Source: Candidatus Aldehydirespiratoraceae bacterium
GTDB lineage: Bacteria > Actinomycetota > Acidimicrobiia > Acidimicrobiales > Aldehydirespiratoraceae
DNA length: 64,000 bases
Assembly (NCBI GenBank): GCA_965221585.1
Contig: OZ244898.1
Span: 2,105,420-2,169,419 of the forward strand
Direction: 5' to 3'
Shown: positions 8,038 to 16,381 of the stretch, piece by piece
Layout of the letters: every line of letters starts with the position of its first letter
Numbering within the stretch: the stretch's first letter is position 1
Notes under the pieces: generated by a model
The model's input: only the letters and a program-made list of their open reading frames with translations
Told to the model about the DNA's origin: nothing
The model's database searches: none
Translations under genes and position numbers: made by a program

Positions 8038-9180
8038 TCAGGCAACGGCACCCGCCGAACGCAGTTCTGCGACCTCGTCGAGGTCGAATCCGCACTCAGC
8101 GAGCACCTCATCGCTGTGCTGACCGGCATGAGGCGGTGGCCGCAGGATCTCTCCGTCCGTGCGACTGAACCGGGGGGCCGGGCGAGGTTGAACGATCCCG
8201 GCGACCTCGGTGAAAGTTCCCCGGTTCAGGTTGTGTGCATGGTTGGGCGCTTCGCTCATCGACAGCACCGGCGCAAAGCACACATCAGAGCCTTCGATCA
8301 GCTCGCACCATTCGTCGCGGGTCCGGGTCTTGAAAATCGCGGCGAGCTCGACTTTGAGGTCGGGCCATTGGCGCTTGTCGTTCTGCGCGTCCCACTTGGG
8401 ATCATCGAGTTGGAGCTTCTCTCTCAGTTCGGCGTAGAACTGCGGTTCGATCGAGCCGACGGACACGTACTTGCCGTCGGCGCACTCATAGGCGTCGTAG
8501 TAGTGCGCACCCGTGTCGAGCATGTTGGTGCCGCGTTCATCGTCCCAGATTCCCATCGCCCGCAGCCCGTAGAAGAAGGTGGCCAGCGAGGCTGCGCCGT
8601 CGACCATTGCGGCATCCACAACCTGGCCGTTCCCCGAGGTTCTGGCTTCAAGGACCGCGCAGACGATCCCGAACGCAAGATAGGCGCCTCCGCCTCCGAA
8701 ATCTCCGACGAGGTTGAGTGGCGGAACCGGGCCGCTGTCGACCCGGCCGATCGCGTCCAAAGTGCCCGACAGCGCCACATAGTTGATGTCATGGCCTGCG
8801 GTCGGCGCGTAGGGGCCGCTCTGGCCCCAACCCGTCATCCGGCCGTAGACCAGCGCGGGGTTGCGGGCGAGGCATTCGTCGGGTCCGATGCCGAGGCGTT
8901 CGGCGACTCCCGGACGGAACCCCTCGATCAGCCCGTCGCTCATCGAGACCAGGCGCATCACCACTTCGATACCGTCCGGAGATTTGAGGTCGACCCCGAT
9001 GGAGCGGCGCCCGCGGTTCATGATGTCTGCCGGCGGCTGGTCGGGGTCTCCGCCGCGAACCCGGTCCGCCCGATCGACGCGGATCACGTCGGCGCCCATG
9101 TCGGCCAGCATCATGGCACAGAACGGGCCGGGTCCGATCCCCGCGATCTCAACGATTCTCAAGCCCCCGAGCGGCCCCAT
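8038..9180 (-). CDS. CaiB/BaiF family III CoA-transferase, alpha-methylacyl-CoA racemase-like
   Basis: N-terminus GLRIVEIAGIGPGPFCAMMLADMGADVIRVDR and an overall 380-aa architecture typical of AMACR/Mcr-type enzymes. Confidence 0.85.
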   Translation of the reverse strand: MGPLGGLRIVEIAGIGPGPFCAMMLADMGADVIRVDRADRVRGGDPDQPPADIMNRGRRSIGVDLKSPDGIEVVMRLVSMSDGLIEGFRPGVAERLGIGPDECLARNPALVYGRMTGWGQSGPYAPTAGHDINYVALSGTLDAIGRVDSGPVPPLNLVGDFGGGGAYLAFGIVCAVLEARTSGNGQVVDAAMVDGAASLATFFYGLRAMGIWDDERGTNMLDTGAHYYDAYECADGKYVSVGSIEPQFYAELREKLQLDDPKWDAQNDKRQWPDLKVELAAIFKTRTRDEWCELIEGSDVCFAPVLSMSEAPNHAHNLNRGTFTEVAGIVQPRPAPRFSRTDGEILRPPPHAGQHSDEVLAECGFDLDEVAELRSAGAVA

Positions 9181-9235
9181 CAGTTGCTTCTCCCGTGTCG
9201 CGTACCTGGTTCGGACCCTAGCCGAGTCAGGTTCT

Positions 9236-10063
9236 TCAGCCGAAAGTACGAGCCGCGAGCGCGGTGACGCCTTCGACCACGGCAGGCCAGGCCTGCGGAA
9301 CGAAATCGTGTGACATCTCCTCGATCAGCAGATACTCGGCGTCACCGATGAGTTCCGCGGTGCGCCGGCCCCCCGACGGATCTATCAGCGTGTCCAATCC
9401 TCCGTGGATGACCAGTGTCGGGACGGCCAGACCGCGGAGCCCCGCGACACGGTCACCACTGGCCATGATGGCGTTTATCTGGCGTTGCGCCGCTCCGGGA
9501 TTCCAGGCACGTTCGTATCCCGCCGCGAGGTTCGCCCGCAGTGTTTCGGGGTCGAACCAATCCGGGTTGGACCAGATTCGACCGGCCTTGACGTCAGCTA
9601 CGATCTGGGCCTCGATCGAGTCCTCGGGGGGTGCAGTGAGAGCGTCCCAGGCATCGAGTGTGGGGTTGCCGACATCCGGTTCTCCTGTCGTCGACATGAT
9701 CGACACCATCGCCCGGGTCCGCCCGGGATGTCGGATCGCGGTGGCCTGGGCGATCATTCCACCCATCGAGACTCCCAACACCACCGCCTGGGGTACATGG
9801 GCGTCGTCCAACACTGCGATCACATCGTCTGCCATGTCGTAAAGGGTGTAGCCGTCGCTGTCGCCGGTCATCGACGACAGCCCGGCGTCGCGGTTGTCCA
9901 TTCGGATCACGAAGAAGCCGCGGTCAACGAATGCTCCGCAGAGTTCAGTCGGGTACGACAGCAGTTGGCTGCCCAGTCCCGGGATGCAGATCAACGCAGG
10001 GTCCTCGACCGACCCGAACGTCTCGTACTCGAGTTCTATGGTTCCATTGGTGGCGCGTGGCAT
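9236..10063 (-). CDS. alpha/beta hydrolase
   Basis: GVSMGG nucleophile elbow and a late His (MSHDF). Start set at ATG 10063 (MPRATNGTIELEYETFG). Confidence 0.8.
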   Translation of the reverse strand: MPRATNGTIELEYETFGSVEDPALICIPGLGSQLLSYPTELCGAFVDRGFFVIRMDNRDAGLSSMTGDSDGYTLYDMADDVIAVLDDAHVPQAVVLGVSMGGMIAQATAIRHPGRTRAMVSIMSTTGEPDVGNPTLDAWDALTAPPEDSIEAQIVADVKAGRIWSNPDWFDPETLRANLAAGYERAWNPGAAQRQINAIMASGDRVAGLRGLAVPTLVIHGGLDTLIDPSGGRRTAELIGDAEYLLIEEMSHDFVPQAWPAVVEGVTALAARTFG

Positions 10064-10159
10064 GGCGGACCAGCATGCCCGGCCGGCGCGCACATTCCGC
10101 CCTTCGGTGGTACAGCGCCCAAGAAGCAAGCAGAGCGAGGGCGGGATAGAGTCAGTCGT

Positions 10160-10260
10160 ACATACGAATCCGGGGAGCTCGGGGCAGCCGGGCTGAGAGG
10201 TCGACCATCCGCGTCGGCGACCCGCAAGAACCTGATCTGGATAATGCCAGCGGAGGAAAC
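10160..10260 (+). promoter_or_regulatory. TPP (THI-box) riboswitch
   Basis: Conserved aptamer blocks: GGGGAGC (10172-10178), CTGAGA (10193-10198), ACCC (10220-10223) and AACCTGATCTGGATAATGCCAGCG (10229-10252). The 3' end includes GGAGGA immediately before the ATG at 10262, consistent with translational control by SD sequestration. Confidence 0.9.
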
Positions 10261-10261
10261 C

Positions 10262-11422
10262 ATGACTCGACCCAACTTTCCCAAAGGCCTTGCAACCGGC
10301 CCTGTCGGCCTCATTGCCAAAGCCGGCCTCATTGTCATAGCCGGCCTGATTGGCGCGGCCTGCGGCAACGACGACGGCCGCGGACCCGACACCGTGACCG
10401 ATGCCGGCGAACCAACCGAATACCCCGTCGTCGCTTCAGCCGATGCCGCGACCGATGGCGTAGAACCCCTCACGGACCCTTCGGGCATCACCCTGCTCAC
10501 CCACGATTCGTTCGCCCTCTCCGACGAGACTCTTGAGGCCTTCACCAGCCAGACGGGCATTGAGGTGACACTCCTGCAAGCCGGCGACACCGGCACGATG
10601 GTGAGCGAGGCGATCCTGACCGCCGGAAATCCACTCGGCGACGTGATGTTCGGCGTCGACAACACCTTCCTGGCCCGGGCTCTCAACGCGGAGCTGTTCG
10701 AACCGTACGAGTCGCCCAACCTCGCGGAGGTGCCCGACGAGTTCAAACTGGATTCGGAGCACCGAGTAACGCCGATCGACTATGGCGACGTCTGTATCAA
10801 CTATTGGACCGACGCGCTGCCCGCGGAGGCGCCCGAGGCCCTCGAGGATCTGACTGCTCCGGAGTTCGCCGACCAGCTCGTGGTTCAGAATCCTGAGACC
10901 TCGTCGCCCGGTTTGGCGTTCCTTTTGGCCACGATCGCCGGGACCGACGACTGGGAGCAGTTCTGGGCCGATCTCGCCGACAACGGCGTTGCAGTGACCG
11001 CCGGCTGGGAGGACGCCTACTACGGAGAGTTCATCTCCGGTGGGGGTGACCGCTCAATGGTGGTGTCCTATGCCTCGAGCCCACCGGCTGAAGTGATCTA
11101 TGCGAGCTCCCCCATCGACACCGCGCCGACCGAGGTGCTCCTCGATTCGTGTTTCCGCCAGATCGAGTTCGCGGGCGTGCTCGCCGGAACGGACCACCCC
11201 GCCGAGGCCCGAGCACTGATCGACTTCATGCTCACCCCCACCTTCCAGAATGACGTGCCGCTCAACATGTTCGTGTTCCCCGTGGCCGAAAGCGCAACGC
11301 TGCCTCAGGTGTTTGTGGACCACTCACAGATCGCGGAGGATCCTCTGTTCATCGATCCAGCCGATATCGAGGCGCACCGCGATGAATGGACGGACCGGTG
11401 GGTCGAGATAGTTCTCGGATAG
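10262..11422 (+). CDS. thiB: thiamine ABC transporter substrate-binding lipoprotein
   Basis: Lipobox LIGAAC|G after a hydrophobic signal. Family-1 SBP (ThiB/FbpA-like). Directly downstream of the TPP riboswitch. The ORF-track 5' extension (from 9404) is antisense to the hydrolase and is discounted. Confidence 0.8.
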   Translation: MTRPNFPKGLATGPVGLIAKAGLIVIAGLIGAACGNDDGRGPDTVTDAGEPTEYPVVASADAATDGVEPLTDPSGITLLTHDSFALSDETLEAFTSQTGIEVTLLQAGDTGTMVSEAILTAGNPLGDVMFGVDNTFLARALNAELFEPYESPNLAEVPDEFKLDSEHRVTPIDYGDVCINYWTDALPAEAPEALEDLTAPEFADQLVVQNPETSSPGLAFLLATIAGTDDWEQFWADLADNGVAVTAGWEDAYYGEFISGGGDRSMVVSYASSPPAEVIYASSPIDTAPTEVLLDSCFRQIEFAGVLAGTDHPAEARALIDFMLTPTFQNDVPLNMFVFPVAESATLPQVFVDHSQIAEDPLFIDPADIEAHRDEWTDRWVEIVLG

Positions 11423-13041
11423 CACGGTTCGCCGGCCGCTGGGTAGCGGTCGGTGTTCCCGCCGCCTTCCTGGGAGTGTTCTTCGTCTATCCGGCGGCGG
11501 CGATCCTGTGGCGCGGTCTGGGCTCGGAGGGGTTCGGCCCGATATCTGAGCTGTTCAGCTCGCCGCGCACACGCGGCGTCATGTGGTTCACCGTGTGGCA
11601 GGCACTTGCTTCAACGGCGATCACTCTGGTGGTCGCCCTGCCCGCGGCCGCGGTCGTGACCCGTCTGCGGGGACGCTACCGACACTTCCTCAGGGGGCTG
11701 GTCACGGTTCCTTTCGTGCTGCCGACGGTGGTCGTCGCCGGGGCTTTCGAAGGGGTCTTCGACCGGTTCGGGCTCGAGGACGGGGGCTTCCGTCTGCGGC
11801 ACACCGTGTGGGCGATCCTGCTTGCTCATGTGTTCTTCAACTATGCGGTCGTGGTGCGGATCGTCGGATCGTTCTGGAGCGGTCTCGACCATCGCGTCGA
11901 GGAACAGGCCCGCGTCCTCGGGGCGGGGCCGATCCAGACTTTCTGGGCTGTAACCCTGCCGCGGCTGCGACCGGCGATCGCTTCGGCCTCTGCGATCGTG
12001 TTTCTGTTCTCGTTCACGTCCTTCGGGGTGATCCTGCTGCTCGGAGGGCCGCGTCGGGCGACTCTGGAAACGGAGATCTATCGCCAGGCGGTGACCCGCG
12101 GCGACCTGCGCTCAGCTGCTGGGATGGCGCTGGTGCAACTCCTTGCGGTGTTGGCGTTGATCGCTGTGGCCACGCGACTCGAGCGGCGCCGACCGGCGCC
12201 TACGGGCGTGGCCCACGCTCCCCCAAAGCCGCTGGGCCGCGGCTTCGTCTGGGCCAACTTTGCGGTGATGGCAGCGCTGCTCGGATCTCCGATCGCGATC
12301 CTGGTCGAGCGATCTCTGTCTGTGGGGAACGGTTATGGCCTGGACCATTATCGGGCACTCACCGAACGTGTTCCACAGCTCCCGGCTTCGGCAACGACCG
12401 CGTTGGGCAACTCGCTGTTGTTCGCGACCGTCGCAACGGGGTTGGCCCTGGTTGTGGGCACGTTGGCCGCGCTGGTAGTGGTGCACGGACGTTCCGGCCT
12501 GCGACGTGTCTTCGATCTGGGTCTGACCCTCCCCCTCGGCACTTCGGCGGTGACGATCGGTTTCGGGATCCTCATTGCGCTGGACGAACCGCCGCTTGAT
12601 CTGCGCACCTCGTGGTGGATAGTTCCGATCGCCCACGCTCTGGTCGGCACGCCCTTCGTGGTGCGCACGATGGTTCCGGTGCTGCGCAGGATCGATCCTC
12701 AGATCCGCGAGGCCGCGGCAGTGCTGGGGGCGTCGCCGGGGCGGGTGCGTCGCCTGGTTGATCTGCCGATTGCCGGCCGCGGGATGCTGGTCGGCGCCGG
12801 GTTCGCCTTCGCGGTGTCTCTCGGCGAGTTCGGGGCGACTTCGTTCCTGCCCCGCCGTCCTGAGACTCTCACCGCGCCGTTGGCTCTGTACAGGCTGTTG
12901 TCGACTCCCGGTGAGTTGTTGCGCGGCCAGGCGATGGCGCTGGCGGTCGTGTTGATGCTTGTCGTGGCTCTGGCGGTGGTGGCGATCGAGGCGTCGCGTG
13001 GATCCCGACAGGGTGCCGAGGTGGTCTGGGAGTCGCTGTGA
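11386..13041 (+). CDS. thiP: thiamine/iron-type ABC transporter permease (duplicated 6+6 TM)
   Basis: 551 aa, with two BPD-transporter permease halves. Start could be ATG 11386 or GTG 11395; both overlap the thiB end. Confidence 0.8.
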   Translation: MDGPVGRDSSRIARFAGRWVAVGVPAAFLGVFFVYPAAAILWRGLGSEGFGPISELFSSPRTRGVMWFTVWQALASTAITLVVALPAAAVVTRLRGRYRHFLRGLVTVPFVLPTVVVAGAFEGVFDRFGLEDGGFRLRHTVWAILLAHVFFNYAVVVRIVGSFWSGLDHRVEEQARVLGAGPIQTFWAVTLPRLRPAIASASAIVFLFSFTSFGVILLLGGPRRATLETEIYRQAVTRGDLRSAAGMALVQLLAVLALIAVATRLERRRPAPTGVAHAPPKPLGRGFVWANFAVMAALLGSPIAILVERSLSVGNGYGLDHYRALTERVPQLPASATTALGNSLLFATVATGLALVVGTLAALVVVHGRSGLRRVFDLGLTLPLGTSAVTIGFGILIALDEPPLDLRTSWWIVPIAHALVGTPFVVRTMVPVLRRIDPQIREAAAVLGASPGRVRRLVDLPIAGRGMLVGAGFAFAVSLGEFGATSFLPRRPETLTAPLALYRLLSTPGELLRGQAMALAVVLMLVVALAVVAIEASRGSRQGAEVVWESL

Positions 13042-14144
13042 TCTGGGAACTGGACTCAGTGTCGGTGCGCTTCGGGGAGGTTCAGGCGGTCAAGAACGCC
13101 TCCCTCAAGGTCTCGAGCGGCGAGCTCGTCGTGATTCTCGGCCCCAGTGGTTGCGGCAAGTCGACGATGTTGCGCGTGATCGCGGGACTTCAGGCTCCCG
13201 AGGGCGGCCGAGTGCTGATCGACGGCAACGATGCGGCCGAGCTGCTGCCGCATCAACGGAGCATCGGTCTGATGTTCCAACAGCACACCTTGTTCCCGCA
13301 CTACGACGTGGCGGGGAATGTCGAGTTCGGTCTGCGAATGGCCGGTCTGGAGTTGGGCCGACGCCACAGCAGGGTCAGTGAGCTGCTGGAGTTGGTGGGG
13401 CTCGCTGGTTTCGAGGACCGAGACGTGGCCACGCTGTCGGGAGGTGAGGCACAGCGGGTGGCGCTGGCTAGGTCTCTAGCCCCGAATCCGTCTCTACTGC
13501 TGCTCGACGAACCGTTCGGGTCGCTGGACCGCGCTCTGCGCGACCGTCTGACCGATGAGTTGCCCGGTGTCCTCTCCGAAGCGGGCACGACCGCGATCCA
13601 TGTGACGCACGACCATGACGAGGCTTTCAGCCTGGCCGATCGGCTGGTGGTGATGGACCAAGGTCGGATTCTGCGGACGGGGCCACCAGCTGAGGTGTGG
13701 GCTGACCCTCGCACGCTGTTGGTTGCGGAGTTCCTGGGTCACACCAACATCGTGACCCGTGGTTCGCATCGTGAGGTGATCCGCCGTGACGCGGCCACTG
13801 TCGCCGCGGACGGCGAGCTTTCCGGAACGGTGATCGCGTCGCGTTTCAGGGGAGACCATCACGATCTGAGCGTTGCCACTGCGTTGGGAAGGCTCCGCTT
13901 CCGGGTGGACGAAGCACTGAAGCCTGGTGAGAGTGTGCGCCTGAGGATCGATCCGAGCCGCGTCGCCCGCCTCAACCCCCAACCCGCGCCTCAACCCCAA
14001 CCCGCGCCTCAACCCCAACCCATAGTGTCCAGCGAGTCGTCGTCGATGCCGAAATGGTGGGCGACTTCGTGGACGACGGTGATTCTGATCTCGGTGGCCA
14101 GTTCGGTCTCGTCACTGCACATCTCGCACAGCGGCAGCCGATAG
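13038..14144 (+). CDS. thiQ: ABC transporter ATP-binding protein (ThiQ/FbpC-like) with an anomalous 56-codon C-terminal read-through
   Basis: Walker A GPSGCGKST, signature LSGGEAQRV, Walker B LLLLDEP, TOBE-like tail ending at about RIDPSRVARL (about 13970). The remainder runs through an 18-bp repeat and 136 nt of the convergent gene. GTGA overlap with the thiP stop. Confidence 0.8.
   Translation: MIWELDSVSVRFGEVQAVKNASLKVSSGELVVILGPSGCGKSTMLRVIAGLQAPEGGRVLIDGNDAAELLPHQRSIGLMFQQHTLFPHYDVAGNVEFGLRMAGLELGRRHSRVSELLELVGLAGFEDRDVATLSGGEAQRVALARSLAPNPSLLLLDEPFGSLDRALRDRLTDELPGVLSEAGTTAIHVTHDHDEAFSLADRLVVMDQGRILRTGPPAEVWADPRTLLVAEFLGHTNIVTRGSHREVIRRDAATVAADGELSGTVIASRFRGDHHDLSVATALGRLRFRVDEALKPGESVRLRIDPSRVARLNPQPAPQPQPAPQPQPIVSSESSSMPKWWATSWTTVILISVASSVSSLHISHSGSR
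13966..14020. repeat. 18-bp tandem repeat, about 3 copies (CGCGCCTCAACCCCAACC)
   Basis: Copies at 13966-13984 (carrying one extra C), 13985-14002 and 14003-14020. It encodes (PQPA)n in the thiQ frame and contains the last three codons plus the TGA stop of the convergent zincin gene. Confidence 0.9.
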
Positions 14145-14374
14145 ATGCTGATCTTGTCAGGCATCTCGAAGGCACCATAGGTCTCCCGCTCCGTTAGCGG
14201 TATGCCCTCATAGAGTCCCAGCAGGTCTTCGCTTGGATGCCGGTCCTCGATCACCACCGCAACGTTCTGCATCATTGCGCCCAGCTCAGGCGGCAACGCA
14301 TCGATCACATCGGCCACCAACTGTTCGAAGCGACGTGAGCCGACCGGTTCCACCCACCAGAGGCTAACGATCAA
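14009..14374 (-). CDS. zincin-like metallopeptidase family protein (about 120 aa)
   Basis: HEVAHHFG zinc-binding motif near the C-terminus. Small acidic protein typical of this family. Confidence 0.8.
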   Translation of the reverse strand: MIVSLWWVEPVGSRRFEQLVADVIDALPPELGAMMQNVAVVIEDRHPSEDLLGLYEGIPLTERETYGAFEMPDKISIYRLPLCEMCSDETELATEIRITVVHEVAHHFGIDDDSLDTMGWG

Positions 14375-14391
14375 CTCGGTAGGGTGCGGGA

Positions 14392-16344
14392 ATGATCGCC
14401 GACGATCAATCCACCGACCGCGCTCAGGCGCTGCTTGCCGGATTGACTTCAGAGCAACGCGACGCCGTCACCACGACCGCTCCACGGCTCTGCATCATCG
14501 CTGGTGCCGGCTCCGGCAAGACCCGGGTACTGACCCGGCGGGTCGCCTGGCAGTCAACGGCGGGAAACCTCGATCCTCGCCGCGTGCTGGTACTCACCTT
14601 CACCCGGCGGGCCGCATCCGAGTTGCGTTCAAGGCTGAGAAGTCTGGGAATGCGCGACGCGGTGGCGGCCGGCACCTTCCACGCGGCGGCGCTGGCGCTG
14701 CTGAGGCGCTACTGGGACCACTGCGAACGACCGTACATGGAGCTCCTTGCAAGCCGTTATTCGCTTCTGGCCAAGACGAATCCTCAACTCGACGTCACAA
14801 CGATCGCAGCGCTCAACACGGAGATCAGCTGGGCACGGGCCCGGTTGATCACACCCGAACGCTACGCCGAGGCGGCAACCGACGCCCGGCGACGGCCGCC
14901 GCGCGGAGCCGAATTCACGGCATCGGCCTACGAGGCGTACCAAAAGGCCAAGAAAACCCGCAGGCTCATCGACTTCGACGATGTGCTGGCCCTGTGCCAT
15001 TCGGTTCTGACCAAGCAACCAGCATTCGGCGACGCGCAGCGTTGGTTCTACCAGCATCTGTTCGTCGACGAGTTTCAAGACGTCAATCCGCTCCAGTTTG
15101 CGGTCCTGGGGGCCTGGCTCGGTTCCGAGTCGACGCTGGCGGTGGTCGGCGACCCCGATCAGGCCATCTACGGCTTCAACGGTGCCGACCCCGACTTCAT
15201 CCGCCACGTCGACGGTCACCTTCCCGGGACTGCCGTAGTGCACCTCCGCACCAACTTCCGCTCGACTCCCGAGGTGGTCTCTGCTGCGGCCCGGGTGCTG
15301 GACAGCGAACCTCAACCCACCACTCGACCGCCCGGAGACGCACCCACGGTGACCGAGACCGATGGGGACGAGGAGGCCGCGATGCTGGCCCATACCGTTC
15401 GCAGGCGACGCCTCGGGGGTGCCTCATGGCGGGACCAGGCGGTACTGGCCCGGACCAACGCCCAGCTTCTGCCGCTGCAGAAGGCGCTGACAGCGCTGGG
15501 CGTGCCGACCCGCAGTCGCGACACACCCCTGTTGCGAAATCCGCAGATCGTCGATCTGTTGAACCGCTGGCAGAGCAACACCGCGCTCTCGACGGTGCTG
15601 ACCGACGAGCAGATGCGCCTACGGCATGATCTGCCCGACGCCGCACAGACCGTGATGGTCGAGGCGTTCATGAGCCTCGCTGCGGACCACCTGACACTCG
15701 AACCCGCTGCCACGCTCGGTGATTTCACAGTCTCGCTGCGCAGCGACGACCGGGGGGCGGAAGCCGTCGATGCTGTAGAGCTCTGCACCTTCCACGCCGC
15801 CAAGGGGCTCGAATGGCCGATAGTCCACCTAGTCGGGGTCGAGGACGGACTGGTGCCCGTCGCATACGCGCGGTCCGCCGCCGCGCTCGCCGAGGAGCAG
15901 CGCCTGCTCTACGTCGCGGCCACCCGGGCCGAACGAGAACTCCACGTCATGTGGTGCTCCAGTCGCATCGTCGCAGACAGGCGCGTCGAACGGTCCCCCT
16001 CGCCCTGGCTGAAGGCATTCGTCGGCGATCAGTCGGCAGGCCCGACGCCCACAGGGCCTCCCAGCGAAGTTCTCGAGCTGCGCCAACGATTGAAGGACTC
16101 ACGGTCGCCTGACGGACCAGCCGGGCGCACCGGCGAACTCCTCAGCGACTTGCGGCAGTGGCGCAGCGCCACCGCTCACGCTGCCAGGATCAAGTCCTCA
16201 GCGGTGCTGAGCGACAGCATCCTGCGCCGAGTGGCCGAGCAGGAACCGGCGAGCATCTCCGAACTCGGCGACATCATCGGCGAGAACAAGGCCCACCGTT
16301 TCGGCCCTCTGCTTCTGGAGATCATCCACCGGCCGGACCGGTGA
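14392..16344 (+). CDS. uvrD2: UvrD/Rep-family ATP-dependent DNA helicase with C-terminal HRDC-like domain (UvrD2-like)
   Basis: Walker A AGAGSGKT, DEFQD box, helicase motifs through TFHAAKGLEW. C-terminal about 80 aa (SAVLSDSILRRVAEQEPASISELGDIIG...) is HRDC-like. Confidence 0.8.
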   Translation: MIADDQSTDRAQALLAGLTSEQRDAVTTTAPRLCIIAGAGSGKTRVLTRRVAWQSTAGNLDPRRVLVLTFTRRAASELRSRLRSLGMRDAVAAGTFHAAALALLRRYWDHCERPYMELLASRYSLLAKTNPQLDVTTIAALNTEISWARARLITPERYAEAATDARRRPPRGAEFTASAYEAYQKAKKTRRLIDFDDVLALCHSVLTKQPAFGDAQRWFYQHLFVDEFQDVNPLQFAVLGAWLGSESTLAVVGDPDQAIYGFNGADPDFIRHVDGHLPGTAVVHLRTNFRSTPEVVSAAARVLDSEPQPTTRPPGDAPTVTETDGDEEAAMLAHTVRRRRLGGASWRDQAVLARTNAQLLPLQKALTALGVPTRSRDTPLLRNPQIVDLLNRWQSNTALSTVLTDEQMRLRHDLPDAAQTVMVEAFMSLAADHLTLEPAATLGDFTVSLRSDDRGAEAVDAVELCTFHAAKGLEWPIVHLVGVEDGLVPVAYARSAAALAEEQRLLYVAATRAERELHVMWCSSRIVADRRVERSPSPWLKAFVGDQSAGPTPTGPPSEVLELRQRLKDSRSPDGPAGRTGELLSDLRQWRSATAHAARIKSSAVLSDSILRRVAEQEPASISELGDIIGENKAHRFGPLLLEIIHRPDR

Positions 16345-16381
16345 CGTAGCTGCGGAAACACCGCTGTCGGGAACAACCGAG

